Assembly (NCBI RefSeq): GCF_030144855.1 | Contig: NC_082727.1 | Span: 57,660,001-57,724,000 of the forward strand | Direction of reading: 5' to 3' | DNA from: Hypanus sabinus | Lineage: Eukaryota | DNA length: 64,000 nt | Shown here: one piece after another, positions 38,098 through 51,519 of the stretch | Layout of the letters: each line of letters starts with the position of its first letter | Position numbering within the stretch: the first letter of the stretch is position 1 | Position numbers and translations under genes: made by a program | Notes under the pieces: model-generated | Seen by the model: the letters and a program-made list of their open reading frames with translations, nothing else | Database searches by the model: none | What the model was told of the DNA's origin: nothing

Positions 38098-41000
38098 GCA
38101 TACTCACTTTGTTTTGTTCTGACACTTTATGCTCATGGTAAACAATGTCATAGTGGAAAATGACAAACTTTACTTCTTCCAGAACTAGTACTTTGTATTC
38201 ATTAACTCTTCCTTTCTCTTAACGGCATAGAGAAGATTAGAGGGCAGCAGAATGCTAAAAGAGGAGAAAATCAAACCAGCTCTCAGGAGCCCAAAACCTT
38301 TCAGACACCACCCCTGTTACAGTGGTGGACAGTTAGGCATCTGAGTGTGCCAGCCTGGAAAGCTAATTGAGATCAGGATCCAACATTTTCTACAGCTGGA
38401 GGATCCCAACAATGAAAGGGAGTTGGAAGAAAATGGCACCTAGGAACAATGCAACCAAGGACCACATCCTCTGGGTGGTTCACAACACCTCTTCTTTCAC
38501 ACATCTTTTTCTTTCAAATGTGGTTCAGCTATTGTTGGAGCCTGTGATCTACATTTTGGTGGTGTGTTTTGAGGCTGTTCCGTGAGCCTCCAAGTGAAAT
38601 GTGTGGCCTCGAGACGAGGAAGCCTGGAGATGAGGCACGAGCCCATGATCGGCTGCATTTCCCGATGATCAAGGTCGCCGAGGAAGATTGAAATCATTGA
38701 GGCGAGTGGGTGTTCAGCAGCATCTACCAGGAAGGTGTCTGTGTGCGACGGTTTCTCTCTCTCTCTTCCTTTTGCTCAGTGCTCCTGAAGGAAGCTCCCT
38801 GCATTCAAACGATCTCTCTTTCACTCAGTGCTGTCACAGGATGGTGCCAGAGTCCTGGGATTTGGACACGGTTTGTGGATTGGACTCTCTTGTTCACGTG
38901 ATGATGTGTTTCTGGTTTCTGGGTTTTTTGATGCTATTTTGGCTGATTTTGATTGGACAGCCTACAGATAATGGACAGTGACCTTAACTGTATACGCCTG
39001 GGCTCTTTCAAAATTGTGTTTTTATATTCTGTGCTTTTCACTTGTTATTATTTTGTTGGTTGCTATTTGGGCAATATTTTGTGCATGGGGGTGGTTTTGA
39101 TGATCTCCTTTGAACGGGTTCCAGGCTTTTCTTTGTTTTGTGGCTGCCTATGGGGAAGATGAACATCAGGGTTGTATGCTGCATACTTACCTTGATAATA
39201 AATGTACTTTGAATCTTTAAATTAAATCTTGTGGGCCAGGAGCAGCAGGAATATTTGTCCTGATGCTCAAGTAAATTTCAAGTCTCTTCGAAAAGAACAG
39301 ACTTAAAATATTTTTAAGAAAGAGGTGGGAGTATTCCTGATAAGCTGAGTGTGGGGTTGGGTAGGGGGGGGGGGGGGTGGTGGTGGTGGCAGCAGGGATC
39401 CACCAGAGTGCAAGGTGGATCGCATTCAGATCAGCCATAAATGACAAAGCAGCCGAATTGCCTATTATTGCCCCTAAAATATATGTCCATTTACTGGACA
39501 GCATCCTGCCTTCCTAACCATGGAAATCTTGGGCTGTATGAGGGATCTGCAAAGGTTCCAGGCTGTGTTCTCTTGCAGTGTCAGGACAAAGGTTAGAACA
39601 TGCATAGGATTGAGGGTAGAAACTGATATAACGAATAAACCTCAAAAATATTTTTAAATTCTTCAAACATTTATGGAATTTTTAATCCTACCATCAAGAA
39701 AATGAGAGTCTATAATGAAAAAGAAGCTATTCAAGGCCCAAGAGATTATTCATCACTAATTTTGACAGAGCGGTGTTAAAAATCCAATTACATCTCAATT
39801 AATAATGCTTAAAATTTTCACAGCCAGAATAATTCAGAAAAAGTTGAAGGTCACATCACATCACTGACACTGGATGAATCGTTTCTGTGGAGACTGCAGC
39901 CCACGCTGTGGAAGAGCAGTGTAACCTGGCCATTTGACAAGGTGTATGCAAAGATGCTATCTGCTTTACATAGTAATAATGACAAATGCAAATTCTTTCC
40001 TATTGTTGCAGAACAGAAAGATAGTTGCTTTACTTGTGTTGATGATTTCACCAAAACATTTAAATAAAGGTTGTACTCCACTTCCATTGACTTAATTTTT
40101 TTGTTTTTGGCCTCTTATGTTTTGTAACAAACATCCTGCATTTAAATTTTGACTTAAGCATTGAAACGTTTCATGAATATGAACCAAAAATGCCAAGCCT
40201 CAAAGGGATTTTAGGATCAGGGGTCAGAAATGATAAAATGGGTGTGCTAACAGCCTGAAAGGAGACAAATGCAGAGAGGTGGAAAAGCACAGTGCAGCCC
40301 TTCAGTACAGTATTCAGTGAATAGAAATTTGTCCATTCAGAATTCACAAATCATTACTAAAAAGGTTGAGACACAGAATTAAAATTCGCTCTTACGGAAT
40401 CTAAGTGAGAAAAAAAATTAAATAAGAGTAAAATGTGAAAGAAACATGTAGCCTGGGGAAAATACACACTCTGGGTAACAAATACTTTTACGGGTCTTTA
40501 ATTCCTTTACTTGTTTTAGATGTTTTAATGCAGAAATAGGGTATCAAAATAAAAACGACAAAATGAATTTAAAAGAAAACATAGTTTCTTCTGTTACAAT
40601 CTCAGCTTAATTTCAGTCCACACACTTGAGTATCAACTAGATACGTAAACATTATGAAAACAAATGAAACACATCACACAAAGCCAATATGGTAGTTGCA
40701 GTTTTAACTTGCACGTGCTTAACTTCCAAACACGGTTAGGCTAGACCCTGAAACGAATTCTGCTCTGTCATGTGACTAGGCCGATAAGGAACTTTGCGCT
40801 ATCATGCTATCAAGTGCCGATACCTTCCTCACCATACAACCATTCAATGTTCATTCTAGAACCATTGTAACTCTCCTTGCTACTCCGCATGTGCATAATG
40901 ACATCACTGTTTTCTCTTAAAGGCACAGACAGTTATTTTAGCGTTATCAGGATGAATACATAAGTGCACTTTTACAATAAAAAAATTATAGTCAATGATC

Positions 41001-41504
41001 ACCAGGTTACAAACAACAAAATTTGCCCATTTTTGTCAAGAATTTACATTACAGAGAATCATGATATGGATAGTTTTCTAAGAACACCATACTGTGGGGG
41101 TGGACCAAAAAGAGAAATAGTTCTAGGCCGCAACATTGAGAGGCCTCTGGACGATGGCAATGAAAGAATGGGGAGAGAGAGTAGGTTTTGGTGGAGGGTG
41201 TGTAAAATGTGTACAAATGAAGGGGGCTACAGCAAAAAAGAGGGATGGAGGAGGCCATGAAGAAATTGAACACATAATCAGTTAGCTATCTTGCTGAACT
41301 GCCATTTAACATGTTGTGACCTGCTTTTGTTAAATTGATGCACTGTTATTGTGTATTAGTGAAGTTTCAGAGATGGAAATGGATGAAATGCAGCAGATCA
41401 GTAGAAAACTATGCACCTAATAGACAGAGGGTAATCCTTCTGCATGATAGTAAGTGATGATATTACACCTAAATCCATCAGATTTGACAAGGTATTTCAC
41501 ATCT

Positions 41505-41933
41505 ATTTATTTATTTATTTATTTATTTACCATTATAGCACAGAGAAGACCATTCTGGCACTTCAAAGCCACACTGCCCCAGCAACCCCCAACAATTCCA
41601 ATCTAACCCTAACCTAATCATGGGACAATTTGCAATGACAATTAACCTAGCCAGTACATCTCTGGACATTTTATAACTTACTTCCTCGCTGGGTTTATTT
41701 TATAAATAATATGGTGAATTATTGACATCCATATGCCATTTTTATTAATTATATTATTTTTATTTTTATTAATTATAACTCAACTTTTAAAGGAAACCAG
41801 AGTACCCAGGGGAAACCCACACATTCCATGGGGAGGATGTACAGACTCCGGACTAATAATATCAGAATTGAACTCCAGACTCTGATGCTTCGAGCTGTAA
41901 TAGTGCTGGGCTAACCATTACACTACCGTGGCA
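41505..41933 (-). mobile_element. V-SINE with (TAAA)n tail and an internal AT-rich insertion
   Basis: V-domain split at 41668-41790; (TTTA)n at ~41505-41529. Confidence 0.75.
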
Positions 41934-43319
41934 TCATAAATGTTGAGCTAATGGAAAATCAACTTGTATATTCACCCATCGTGTTCAAATAGAGTGTGCC
42001 TTCACAAACCCTTATATTGGTAGATACTAAACAAAAAATATTGATTCTAATGAAATAATTTTTAAACAATAATTTTAATTTCCAAATGGCTTTAATTCAG
42101 TGCTGGTAAAGAAAATTAATTTTAAAAATTGAGTTGAAATATTTAAAATGACATATGGAGGCCAGCACTTCACCAAATGATTTATAAAATAAATCCAGTT
42201 TTGTATGCAAGGAAATTATTTGTAAAAAGTTGGCAAAAATCCAACAAGATATTTGGAAGTAACTGTACTGTGGTGGACAGGAGGACTCTACAAAGGGTAG
42301 TTAAACCTGCCCACAGCACCACCAGCACCAGTTTACCCACCATCCAGTACATGTACAGTATACAGCAAAGTGCTGGAAAAAGGCCAACAATATAACAAAG
42401 GGATCCTACCCATCCTGTTCATGGACTGTTTGCCCCACTCCCATTAGGGAAGACGCTATGCAGCATTCACACCTGGACTGCTAGACTCAGAAATGTTTAC
42501 TTCCCTCCAACCCCACCCTCCACGAAAGCCATCACTCATTAACCTATTCCACCATCACTACATACACATCACCTAGCGTCACTTCACCTATGTTGATGTA
42601 CTTAACAGTTATTTGTACATTATAGGATTATTTTTACATTTATTGTGTTCTTTGTGCTACATCGTACCTGGAGTAACAATAATTTTGTTCTTCTTTATGC
42701 TCGTGTACTGAAGTATGACAATAAATAATACTGAATCTTGAAAATAGAATAGTACAGTTATGGAATCATACAGAAGTACTATAGGAAATTCACATTTATG
42801 AACTTTTATATAGTCCTAGTTTTTGAATAGTTTGTTATATAATTGAATTTAGAAAACAAATACAGTTTTAAATTGCTGCTCTTTTGCTTCCGGGCTAAGC
42901 AGCTGGGAGGTGTCAGTGTCCTCACTGGTGTGAATGTCAGACTACCTCAGGTTCACATCAGCAGTTGTGCTCTCCTCCACACAGAAGAGGTAAACTCTAT
43001 GCATATCTGAGTTTTATTCTGGTTTTTCTGCAGTCTTGCCTTATAAATGCGGACAGAAGAATTTGAATGAAGAAGGGACAGAAATATAACAGTGGAAAAG
43101 GAAAGTTATGTAAATCAAAGATGAGCGTTGTGTACATGTATTTTTCATAGATAATGTATTTACATGAGAAACCACAATGATAGCTCTTGTTACACCAGAC
43201 TGACACTAATAAAACACACCTGTATTCACATTACTTACATTCTTGTAATGGAAAATGACTAATATTTAAATTCTCACAACTCTTTACTGTAGACTTAATG
43301 CAAATTGCCCCTACTTCCT

Positions 43320-43938
43320 TAGAGGTTTGCGTAGATTCAGCATGACATCTAAAACTTTAACAAACATCTATAGGCATGTGTAATGGAGAGTATATTGACT
43401 GGTTGCATCATGGCCTGGTATGGAAACACCAAATGTCGTGAATGGAAAAATCCTACAAAGAGTCATAGTTATGGCCCAGTCCATCATCGGTAAAGCCCTC
43501 CTTGGAATGCTGTTGCAGGAAAGCAGCATCCATTATCAGCCAACCCACCACCCAGGCTGTGTTCTCTTCTCACTGCTGCCATCAGGAAGAAAATTCAGTA
43601 CCCTCATGACTCACACCACCAGGTTCAGAAGCTGTTATTACGTCTCACCCACCAGGCTCTTAAACCAAATGGGATAACTTCTCTCAACTTTCTCCATCAC
43701 TGAGATGTTCCCACAACCTATGGACTCATTTTAAAGGACATTTCATCTAAAGTTCTCAATATTTATTGCATCTTTCTTTCTTTTCGTATTTGCACAGTTT
43801 GTTGTATTTGCACACTCATTGAACACCCAAGTTGGTGTGCTTTTTTATTGATTCTATTATGGTTATCAGATTTATTGAGCATGCCCACAATCTCAGGGTG
43901 TATATGTACTGTGATAATTACTTTACTTTGAACTTTGA
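43320..43938 (+). mobile_element. Rex1/Babar-type LINE 3' fragment
   Basis: LQRVIVMAQSII...HHPGCVLFSLLPSGRKFS..TTRFR..RLLN C-terminus and CTTTGAA tail. Related fragments at ~1-262, 4330-4735 (-), 6260-6615, 11145-11580 (-), 13470-13815, 16920-17275, 19897-20060 (-), 33450-34480, 42255-42740, 49262-49603 and 54590-55025. Confidence 0.75.
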
Positions 43939-44514
43939 ATGCTTTCCATCTTATGGCTTTAACATATTAGATTTAGTCACTGTAATACATTCACTAGAAA
44001 CAAGTTGAATGCATTTTTTTAACCAGGCAGTAGAAAAAACAAGCAGATAAAATTTAACACATATAACTTAGCCTGGAGGGTGTCTGTGCCTATGGAAGAA
44101 CCAGTTTTTTTGCTAGAGTATCATTGGTCTTTTATATCATTCTTTTAATCATTTCTTCTTAAATTATGCTCTAGATTTTTTGAAAAGATTTGCAATAAAA
44201 TGTCACTGTAATAACCTACTCTGTGAAAGTATTTCTTCTCTTTTGCAGTGATAATGTAAAAGTATATATTCCCTGAAGACCAGCATTTGTTTTCTGGCCT
44301 TACCTGCCCTTGAGAGATCTCCTGAACCATTGAAATCGTTTTAGGTTTGGCCCTCCCATAATGACGTTGGCTAGGGCACTCCAGGATTTATATATTTTAA
44401 TGTGAAATCTTTAGAGGAACATCTCGCTGGCTTCTGCCTTTGTCCTTCTTGATGGTAAGAGGGCCCTGAACTAGCTGGCGTTGGAATTACTGAGGTGAAC
44501 TTGTTGGCTTTGTT

Positions 44515-45448
44515 GCAAAGTTTGCAGATGATACAAAGATAAGTGGAGGGGCAGGTCCTTTTGAGGAAGGAAAGAAGCTAAGAAAGATTTAGACAGATTA
44601 GGAGAACGGGCAAAGAAGTGGTAGATGGAATATAGTGTCAGGAGGTGTATGGTCATGTGCTTTGGTAGAAAAATTAAAAGTTTAGACTATTTTCTAAATG
44701 GAGAGAAAATTCAAAAATCTGAGGTGTAAAGGGACTTGGAAGTCCTCATGCAGGTTTCCCTGAAGCTTAACTTGCAGGTTGAGTCGGTGATGAAGAAGGC
44801 AAAAGCAACATTAGCATTCATTTCTAGAGGAATAGAATATAGAAGTAAGGACATAATGTTGAAGCTTTATAAGGCACTGGTGAGGCCTCACTTGGAATAT
44901 TGTGAATGAATCGGAGTCCTGTATCTAAGAAAGGGTGTGCTAACGTGGGAGAGGGTTCAAAGAAGGTTCATGAAAATGATTCTGGGATTGAAAGGCTTAT
45001 CATACTATGAGAGTTTGATGGTTCTGGGACTCTACTCACTGGAATTCAAAAGAATGAGGGGTGACCTCGTTGAATCCTATCGAATGTTGAAAGGCCTTGA
45101 TAGAGTGGACGTGAAAAGGATCTTTCTTATGGTGGGCGAGTCTAAGTTCCAGAGGACACAGCCTCAGAACAGAGGGACGCCCTTTTAGAACAGAGATGAG
45201 AAGAAATTTCTTCAGCCAGAGAGTGGTGAATCTGTGGAATTTGTTGCCACAGGTGGCTGTGGAGACCAGGACATTGGGTATATTTAAGGTAGAGGTTGAT
45301 AGATTCGTGATTGGTCAGGGTATGAAGGGATATGGAGGGAAGGCAGGAGATTGAGGCTGAGAGGGGAAATGGATCAGTCATGATGAAATGGAAGAGCAGA
45401 GCCAATGGGCCAAATGGTCTAATTCTGCTCCTATACCTTATGGTCTTA
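44515..45448 (+). mobile_element. CR1 LINE 3' fragment
   Basis: KFADDTK through RMRGDLVESYRML and the 3' UTR. Confidence 0.92.
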
Positions 45449-46527
45449 GTCCAATTATGCTACATTTCACAGCCAGGCCACAACAGAGGTAGAGGGAAAG
45501 GATCTGCTTGCAATTGAACAGCAAGTTTTGTCCTGTTTGGTATTAAGCTTCTTGATTATCAGTGAGCTCCATTCATGCTGACCAGTGGAGACTATTCCAC
45601 ATTGGTCCTGACCCGTTACGTTAGGCAAGGGCTTTGAGAGGAAAAGGAAATGTGACCCTTGCATCACAATATCCAGCTGAGTGTCTCTACATGGAATAAA
45701 ACAAGAGCCTCACAATTCATGTAAAGTTATTGGTGGGCAAATCGGAATTGAATTCTGATTCACCTAGCAACAAGCTCACATAAATTTGAAAGCTCGTGCT
45801 AGATTCCTGGTCACCTCTTGTGTAAAATTGTTGATTGAGGGTTTTGTCATTACCACCTGACGACATGTGTGTGACGCTTGCGGCCATGCTAAGTGTGCAG
45901 TGTGTGGTGGAACACAGGGACATTCCATGTGAATCCAGACTCCTGGTATGAGACTTTGAGACATGGTGACATATTATTCAGTGCCTGAGTCTCGGGGCAG
46001 AGTTGCTCTATGGCATCTGAAGTTCTATTTGCAAATTCTGTGTAGGTGAGGACACTACATTCTGTGCTCACTCTTTCCTTGAACTACCATGATATACTGA
46101 TGTGATAGAGAGCATGCAAAACTAAGTCCTTCACTGTATCTCAGTACAAGTGACAATAATAAACAAATTTGCAACCAAAGTTCTTCCGGCACGGCACCTG
46201 GAATTTGCACTTTGCTTCGGGGTAATGACTTCCAGGACTGATTATTTCCAAGGTCTCAATCCACAATTCTAGAAATCCTTCCCATCTTTTAAGGATAATA
46301 TAGGGGTGCCCTGGTAGTCTCGCAGTTATTGCGATGCTATTACAGCTCGGAGCGTCAGAGTTCAATTCCAGCGCTGTCTCTAAGGAGTTTGTACGTTCTC
46401 CCTGTGACCATCTTGGTTTCCTCTGGGTGCAATGGTTTCCTCCCACAGCCCAAACATGTTCTGATTAGTAGGTTAATTGGCCATTGCAAATTGGCGGGAA
46501 GAATCCGCTCACACTGGATGGATAGAA

Positions 46528-46566
<39 letters not shown>
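46528..46566. repeat. (GATA)n(GACA)n microsatellite
   Basis: Direct reading. Confidence 0.9.
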
Positions 46567-46567
<1 letters not shown>

Positions 46568-47364
46568 GGTTGAGTTCTTTTCTAAATCCCCTTTGACAGG
46601 CACCAAAAACTATCTAAATTGCACTGTTCTATAGTGAGCTAAGTTTCTAAGTTCTGATCTTCTAGGTCACTTTTAGTTACATAATGTTCCCCAGCACCTG
46701 GCTCAGCTACACTGCATCCTTCCCTCCAGAAGGAGAGGCTGGTTTAAAGCAACATCAGCTAGCTTCAACGGCTGTTGGCTAATCATGATATTGGACCTTA
46801 ATATATTGGATATTATAATGATATTGGATATTAATCATTCACATGAACTAGTAGAGCAGTTTTGGTACTTCTGAATGGGTCCACTTTAGTTACATGAATA
46901 ACCCTTGTACTTGTTTTCAGGAGCTATCAATCATAGTCCCACTTTGTCTTCCCTCCTTCTAGTAGTGATCCTGATGTGATTGCACAGCAGGACGTCAACA
47001 CTGCTCAAAAATACTGTGCTGACAGGATAACTGGAGCAATATATATGTTTCTGTCTTCTGCCTGCCTCTTAACAAAGGGAATGCTGACTAATAGTAGCTT
47101 TGTCAAATGATAAAAGCAACATTGGAGAAGTAATGTCAAATATTGAATGCTTATTGTTAAAGGCAACCCACAATCTTATTTGTGGGAGTCAGGAATCCAG
47201 TTACAATTACAAGGATGAGACAACGAAGTGGGAATTTTGACAGTATCATCAATTTAGAGTGTAGTCACACTCCAAATTTTTTAAAATGCAGGCCAATGAC
47301 AAGAAGTTAAAATCCAATAAAGTGATTTTATGTTTCCAAGGAGATTTGTTTATGTGTATATGTT

Positions 47365-47962
47365 GGGATGTAATGTTGAAGCTGTATAAGATGTTGGTGA
47401 GGCCTAATTTGGAGTATTGTGTGCAGTTTTGGTCACCTAGCTACAGGAAATTTGTAAATAAGGTTGTAAGAGTACAGAGAAAATTTACAAGCATGCTACT
47501 GGAACTGGAGGACCTGAATTCTAAGGAAAGATTGAATAGGTTAGGACTTTATTCCTTGGAACATAGAAGACTGGGGTAAGATTTGACAGAGGTATTCAAG
47601 AATATGAGCAGTATAGATAGGGTACACGCAAACAGGTCTTTTCCACTGAGGTTGGGTGGGACTGCAACTAGAGATCATGGGTTAGGGGCGAAAGGGGAGA
47701 AGTTTAAGGGGAACATGAGGAGAAATTTCTTCACTCAGAGGGTTGAGGGAGTGTGGAACGAGCTGCCAGTGCAAATGGTGCACACAAGCTCAATATCAAT
47801 GTTTAAGAGAAAATTGGATAGGTACATGGATGGGAGGGGGTATGGAGGGCTACGGTCCTGGTGCAGGTCAATGAGAGTCAGCAGTTTAAATGGTTTGGCA
47901 CAGATTAGAAGGGCCTAAGACCCTGTTTCTGTGCTGTATTTTTCTATGATGCTATGACTCTA
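47365..47962 (+). mobile_element. CR1 LINE 3' fragment
   Basis: LVRPNLEYCVQFWSP and RRNFFTQRVEGVWNELP. Confidence 0.92.
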
Positions 47963-48059
47963 ATTCAACTAAAATGCAACTTTTTTATTGTATGTGACTT
48001 AGCTTTTACCCTAGCTTTATAACAGTAATCACTCTCCATTCCCAAGTGCCCCGTAAATG

Positions 48060-49258
48060 GGAGATACATGCAGAGTTTATAATGAAATTTATGAGGGAAT
48101 AAAACAGATACAGTAGATTTCTTTTTTAAATTAAACCCATGGTGAAAACATTAAAATATCAAAATTTCAAAACTCATTTGTGAGAGTGGACAAAATCAGA
48201 TAAATATTGTCCTTATTCTGCTCAATTTTCATAAACAAATCTAAAACTGATGGCTGGGGAGTGCTTAAGTTACAGTTATTTAAACATTTTCAACAATATT
48301 GGTTCAATATTTTAACACATTCTAAGATTATGTAAATTAGGATCTGTTAGTTAGGTAAAGTCACATGCTCAGGATGTCTTAAATTGCTCCATATCCAATT
48401 GATCATAAGGTTTCCCTAGCATCCACAGGGGACATTTATTAAGAGGACTGTGTACGCAGGGTAAGGTTCCATCTAATTTGTAATGACCAGTGTGTGCAAA
48501 AATCCTGTGCACTGAAATTTTTTTCCCAGTGACAACAACATGAGCGCACTGAATTTTATATCTAGAGATATTCATTTTAACAGCTAGCAAAACACTGTCA
48601 ATAAGAACTTTGATCTGCTCTGGGTTTGATCGTTTTCTCTCATTCATCTGCACTCTCACAAAACATATGTAGTAGGCCCGTAGCGGGTAATGAAGGGTTT
48701 TCTCGTCAGAGCTTTTGCACACCTGTGCGATTTGCTTGCAAAATGTAGCTTTAAAAAGTCAACACTCCAAATATCACTCCACTTCTTCCAACTGGCAAAT
48801 TCTCCAGCAACTTTTGCATCACGACAATACACGCAGGTAACATCATTTTCTGTATTGAACACAAATATTTCTCTTAACTGCCCATTCCTGACCTCATGAG
48901 CTATTGGTGTTGCACTTCCTACTGCTTCATTAAGCCATTCTGCTTTAAACGACCTAGTAGTTCTTTTGCACTTCACGCCCTTTGCTTCTGTGGAATTTGA
49001 CATAGTGAACCAATAATTTCTTCAATAAAACAGTATAATTAAGCCAGTTTTTGAATCTGCAGACAAATCATTGCAAACTCTATGTTGTCAACGCTGTTCA
49101 CATCAGAAAGTGGAAAAGGAAATGTGATTGTGTATGATCGTGAAATATACTTAACATGCCAATAAGGTAGATGGTGAGAACCATTTGTGTGCAGTTTAAA
49201 TTCTTTTATGTGCTAGTACCAAAAGATGTGTGTGTGCGCATCTTAAGAGGGAACATTG
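48060..49258 (-). mobile_element. Decayed hAT (Tip100-like) DNA transposon with N-terminal zinc-finger remnant
   Basis: ORF 48656-49003 RSFKAEWL...VTCVYCR...FLKLHFASKSH fits a TTF-type zinc-finger pattern. TIR-like CAATGTTCCCTCT at 49258 (minus) and TAAGGTTCCATCTAA at 48462. Left boundary uncertain. Confidence 0.7.
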
Positions 49259-49999
49259 GTGCAGGGCCCCTAGTGTTATGAAGGATCCCACCCATCCAGC
49301 CTGGATCCTTTACGGCATTCTACCATAAGCAGGAGGCTCCAATGCATAAAGACAAGAACAGCTTCTTCTCTAAAGGCATTAAGCTTTGGAACTCCCTGCC
49401 ACATCATATTCAAATTGTCACCAGATAACTTGTACTGTACTGTGCACTATTTAATTTATGAACTTTACTTTTTTTAATCTATGCGTAATTCATTGTGTGT
49501 TATGTGCACTACTGTGCTTTACACCTGGTCCAGACAGTGTTGTCTTGTTTTACAGTATACAAGTATATACTGTAGTTAAATGACAATAAACTTGACTTGA
49601 CTTGAGATTCAAGGTAGAAGAACAGGGATGTCTTCAGACAGTGTTAGTAGACAGGCCTTGGTAGCTGAACAAATCACTGAATTCTTGTGAGAGTAAAGTG
49701 CTAAATTTGAAGTACAAAATTTAGGTCAAAGTGTAGTTATTGTTGTTTCATAGAATAAAGCAGCGGCCAATTAGCAATCAGCAGTTCACCAAAATTACAG
49801 TGAATGAGCAGCTAATGACTTTAGTCAGTAATGAATCAATAACACTAGCCAAACGGCTCAAAGAAAAAAGCACACAGTATCCAGCAATTTCAAACTGAGT
49901 TCTTAATCTTTTCTGATGTTTGCTGATGTCAAAAGAGTCATTGAGATCTAAAGGGTTCAACAAGTCTATGACATCAAATACAGTTAATCTTATTGCTAT

Positions 50000-51510
50000 T
50001 GTTACGTACCCCGTAACTGGGTCACTTACCAGCAAAGATAGAGAGGTCCGTTGAAGTCTGATGGTACTATTTTTAACAGTATTTATTGATAAAAATACAC
50101 AAAAATAATATCAACGCAAACATACAGATAATATACATCATCAATACTAAATCTAAAAGCTAGGGTATAATAATAATCAATAAGAAATAGCTCTATCGTT
50201 GTCTAGGGGATAATGTATTATCTGATGGAAATATAAAAGTCACCTTAGTTCATTCAAGCTGCAGCTTTTGGTTAGAGAGAGAGACGGAGGTTCAGAACTT
50301 GCCCGTTTCCGTTTTATGATGTCGATCCTTCAAAATGGCATCGGTGGTGATCTCTTCCTTAGCTAAGCCTTCCGTGGTAGGGCCTCAATCCCGGGGCAAT
50401 GGGAAAGGACACACGTGGGCCCTCCACCGGCTGTCGCTATTATACGCTGTCACGGGTCTTCTAGCGTTTCTCCTCGTGTGTGTCAAGGGCTGTTCCCCAG
50501 ACCCTCTTTTATCCCCACTCAAGGGGTCTCAGATGTCACTCAGGGTGGAATGATGCCATCCGCCAACCAGCCCACGTTGCCTGAGGGCTTCTGTGAAGTA
50601 CAGTATTCAATACACAATTCCGTCTCCAAGAGACAATGACCTGTTCTGTGGCTTTGTATCGCTGAGGCCAGGACATTCCAAACATCTCTCTCTCATTTCC
50701 TGGGTCTCCTGACCTGACCCGACTTAGCGATCTTGTGATTCTCAAAAAGGAGGGGGGGGGGCACAGGTGTAACACCCCCTTTCTTCAACGCGTTTTTTAC
50801 CATCAGAAAAAAACGAAGTAATACAGAGTCTTACAGGATTTTAGAATCTAACACCATACAAAAGTTTTTTTTTCTACAGGGTAATACAGTTATACATTCA
50901 ATTCAGTATCTAGATGGTTACCGATTACATTGTCACTTCAATACCTTAACATCTTGTACCTTACTAAAGTCTTGTAGCATCATACTCCAATTTAATAACC
51001 ACCTATTTGTAGGTCTTATTTTTCTTTAGCCAACAAAAACTAAAGAGTTGTGATCTTAGCTTACGGGTGTACTACAAAAGTTCATGCAAATGCTAATCTT
51101 TATGTTACTTTCAAACTTAACAGGCAGGCTTCCATGGGGGTTGTCTTTTATTATTCACATGCTTTGTCGAAATCCCTTAAAACCGGCTTCTGCTATTTAA
51201 AAATGGTGTCCCATTAACCCTCGCCTCTTTTCCAGTTAATTTCCACGTGGGGAGCTTGTGCACCCTGGCGAAATAGGCTTTCGTCCGCTCCTTCCATAGG
51301 AGTTATTTTATCAACAATGTGTTCCAAACTTAGACCATCTTCCGAATTTCCACCCAATTCTTTAATTTAACGCAAGTTGCTAGTTTTCTCTTCAGGACCC
51401 TTCAGGCTATTTGTTTTCAGTTTAAACACTTTGTTCAAACAGCATTTCAAATTCTGCCTTTTCGCACTAACACTATCAAATCAAATTAATAAATTTGCAA
51501 TTTTTAAAAA
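50000..51510 (-). mobile_element. Ty3/Gypsy 3' end: LTR (50000-50774), PPT and decayed RNase H C-terminus
   Basis: LTR TGTTAC...GTAACA. On the minus strand the PPT GAAGAAAGGGGG abuts the LTR. 51055-50903 reads DHNSLVFV..NRWLLNWSMMLQDF..DNVIG..SRY* with stops and shifts. The far boundary is approximate. Confidence 0.8.
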
Positions 51511-51519
51511 TATTGACCA

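Noticed and set aside
44300-44395. Strong minus-strand donor (CAG|gtaagg) preceded by a short open frame
   Set aside because: No homology and no convincing acceptor; such donors arise by chance. Similar cases at ~38101, 55261 and 56170.
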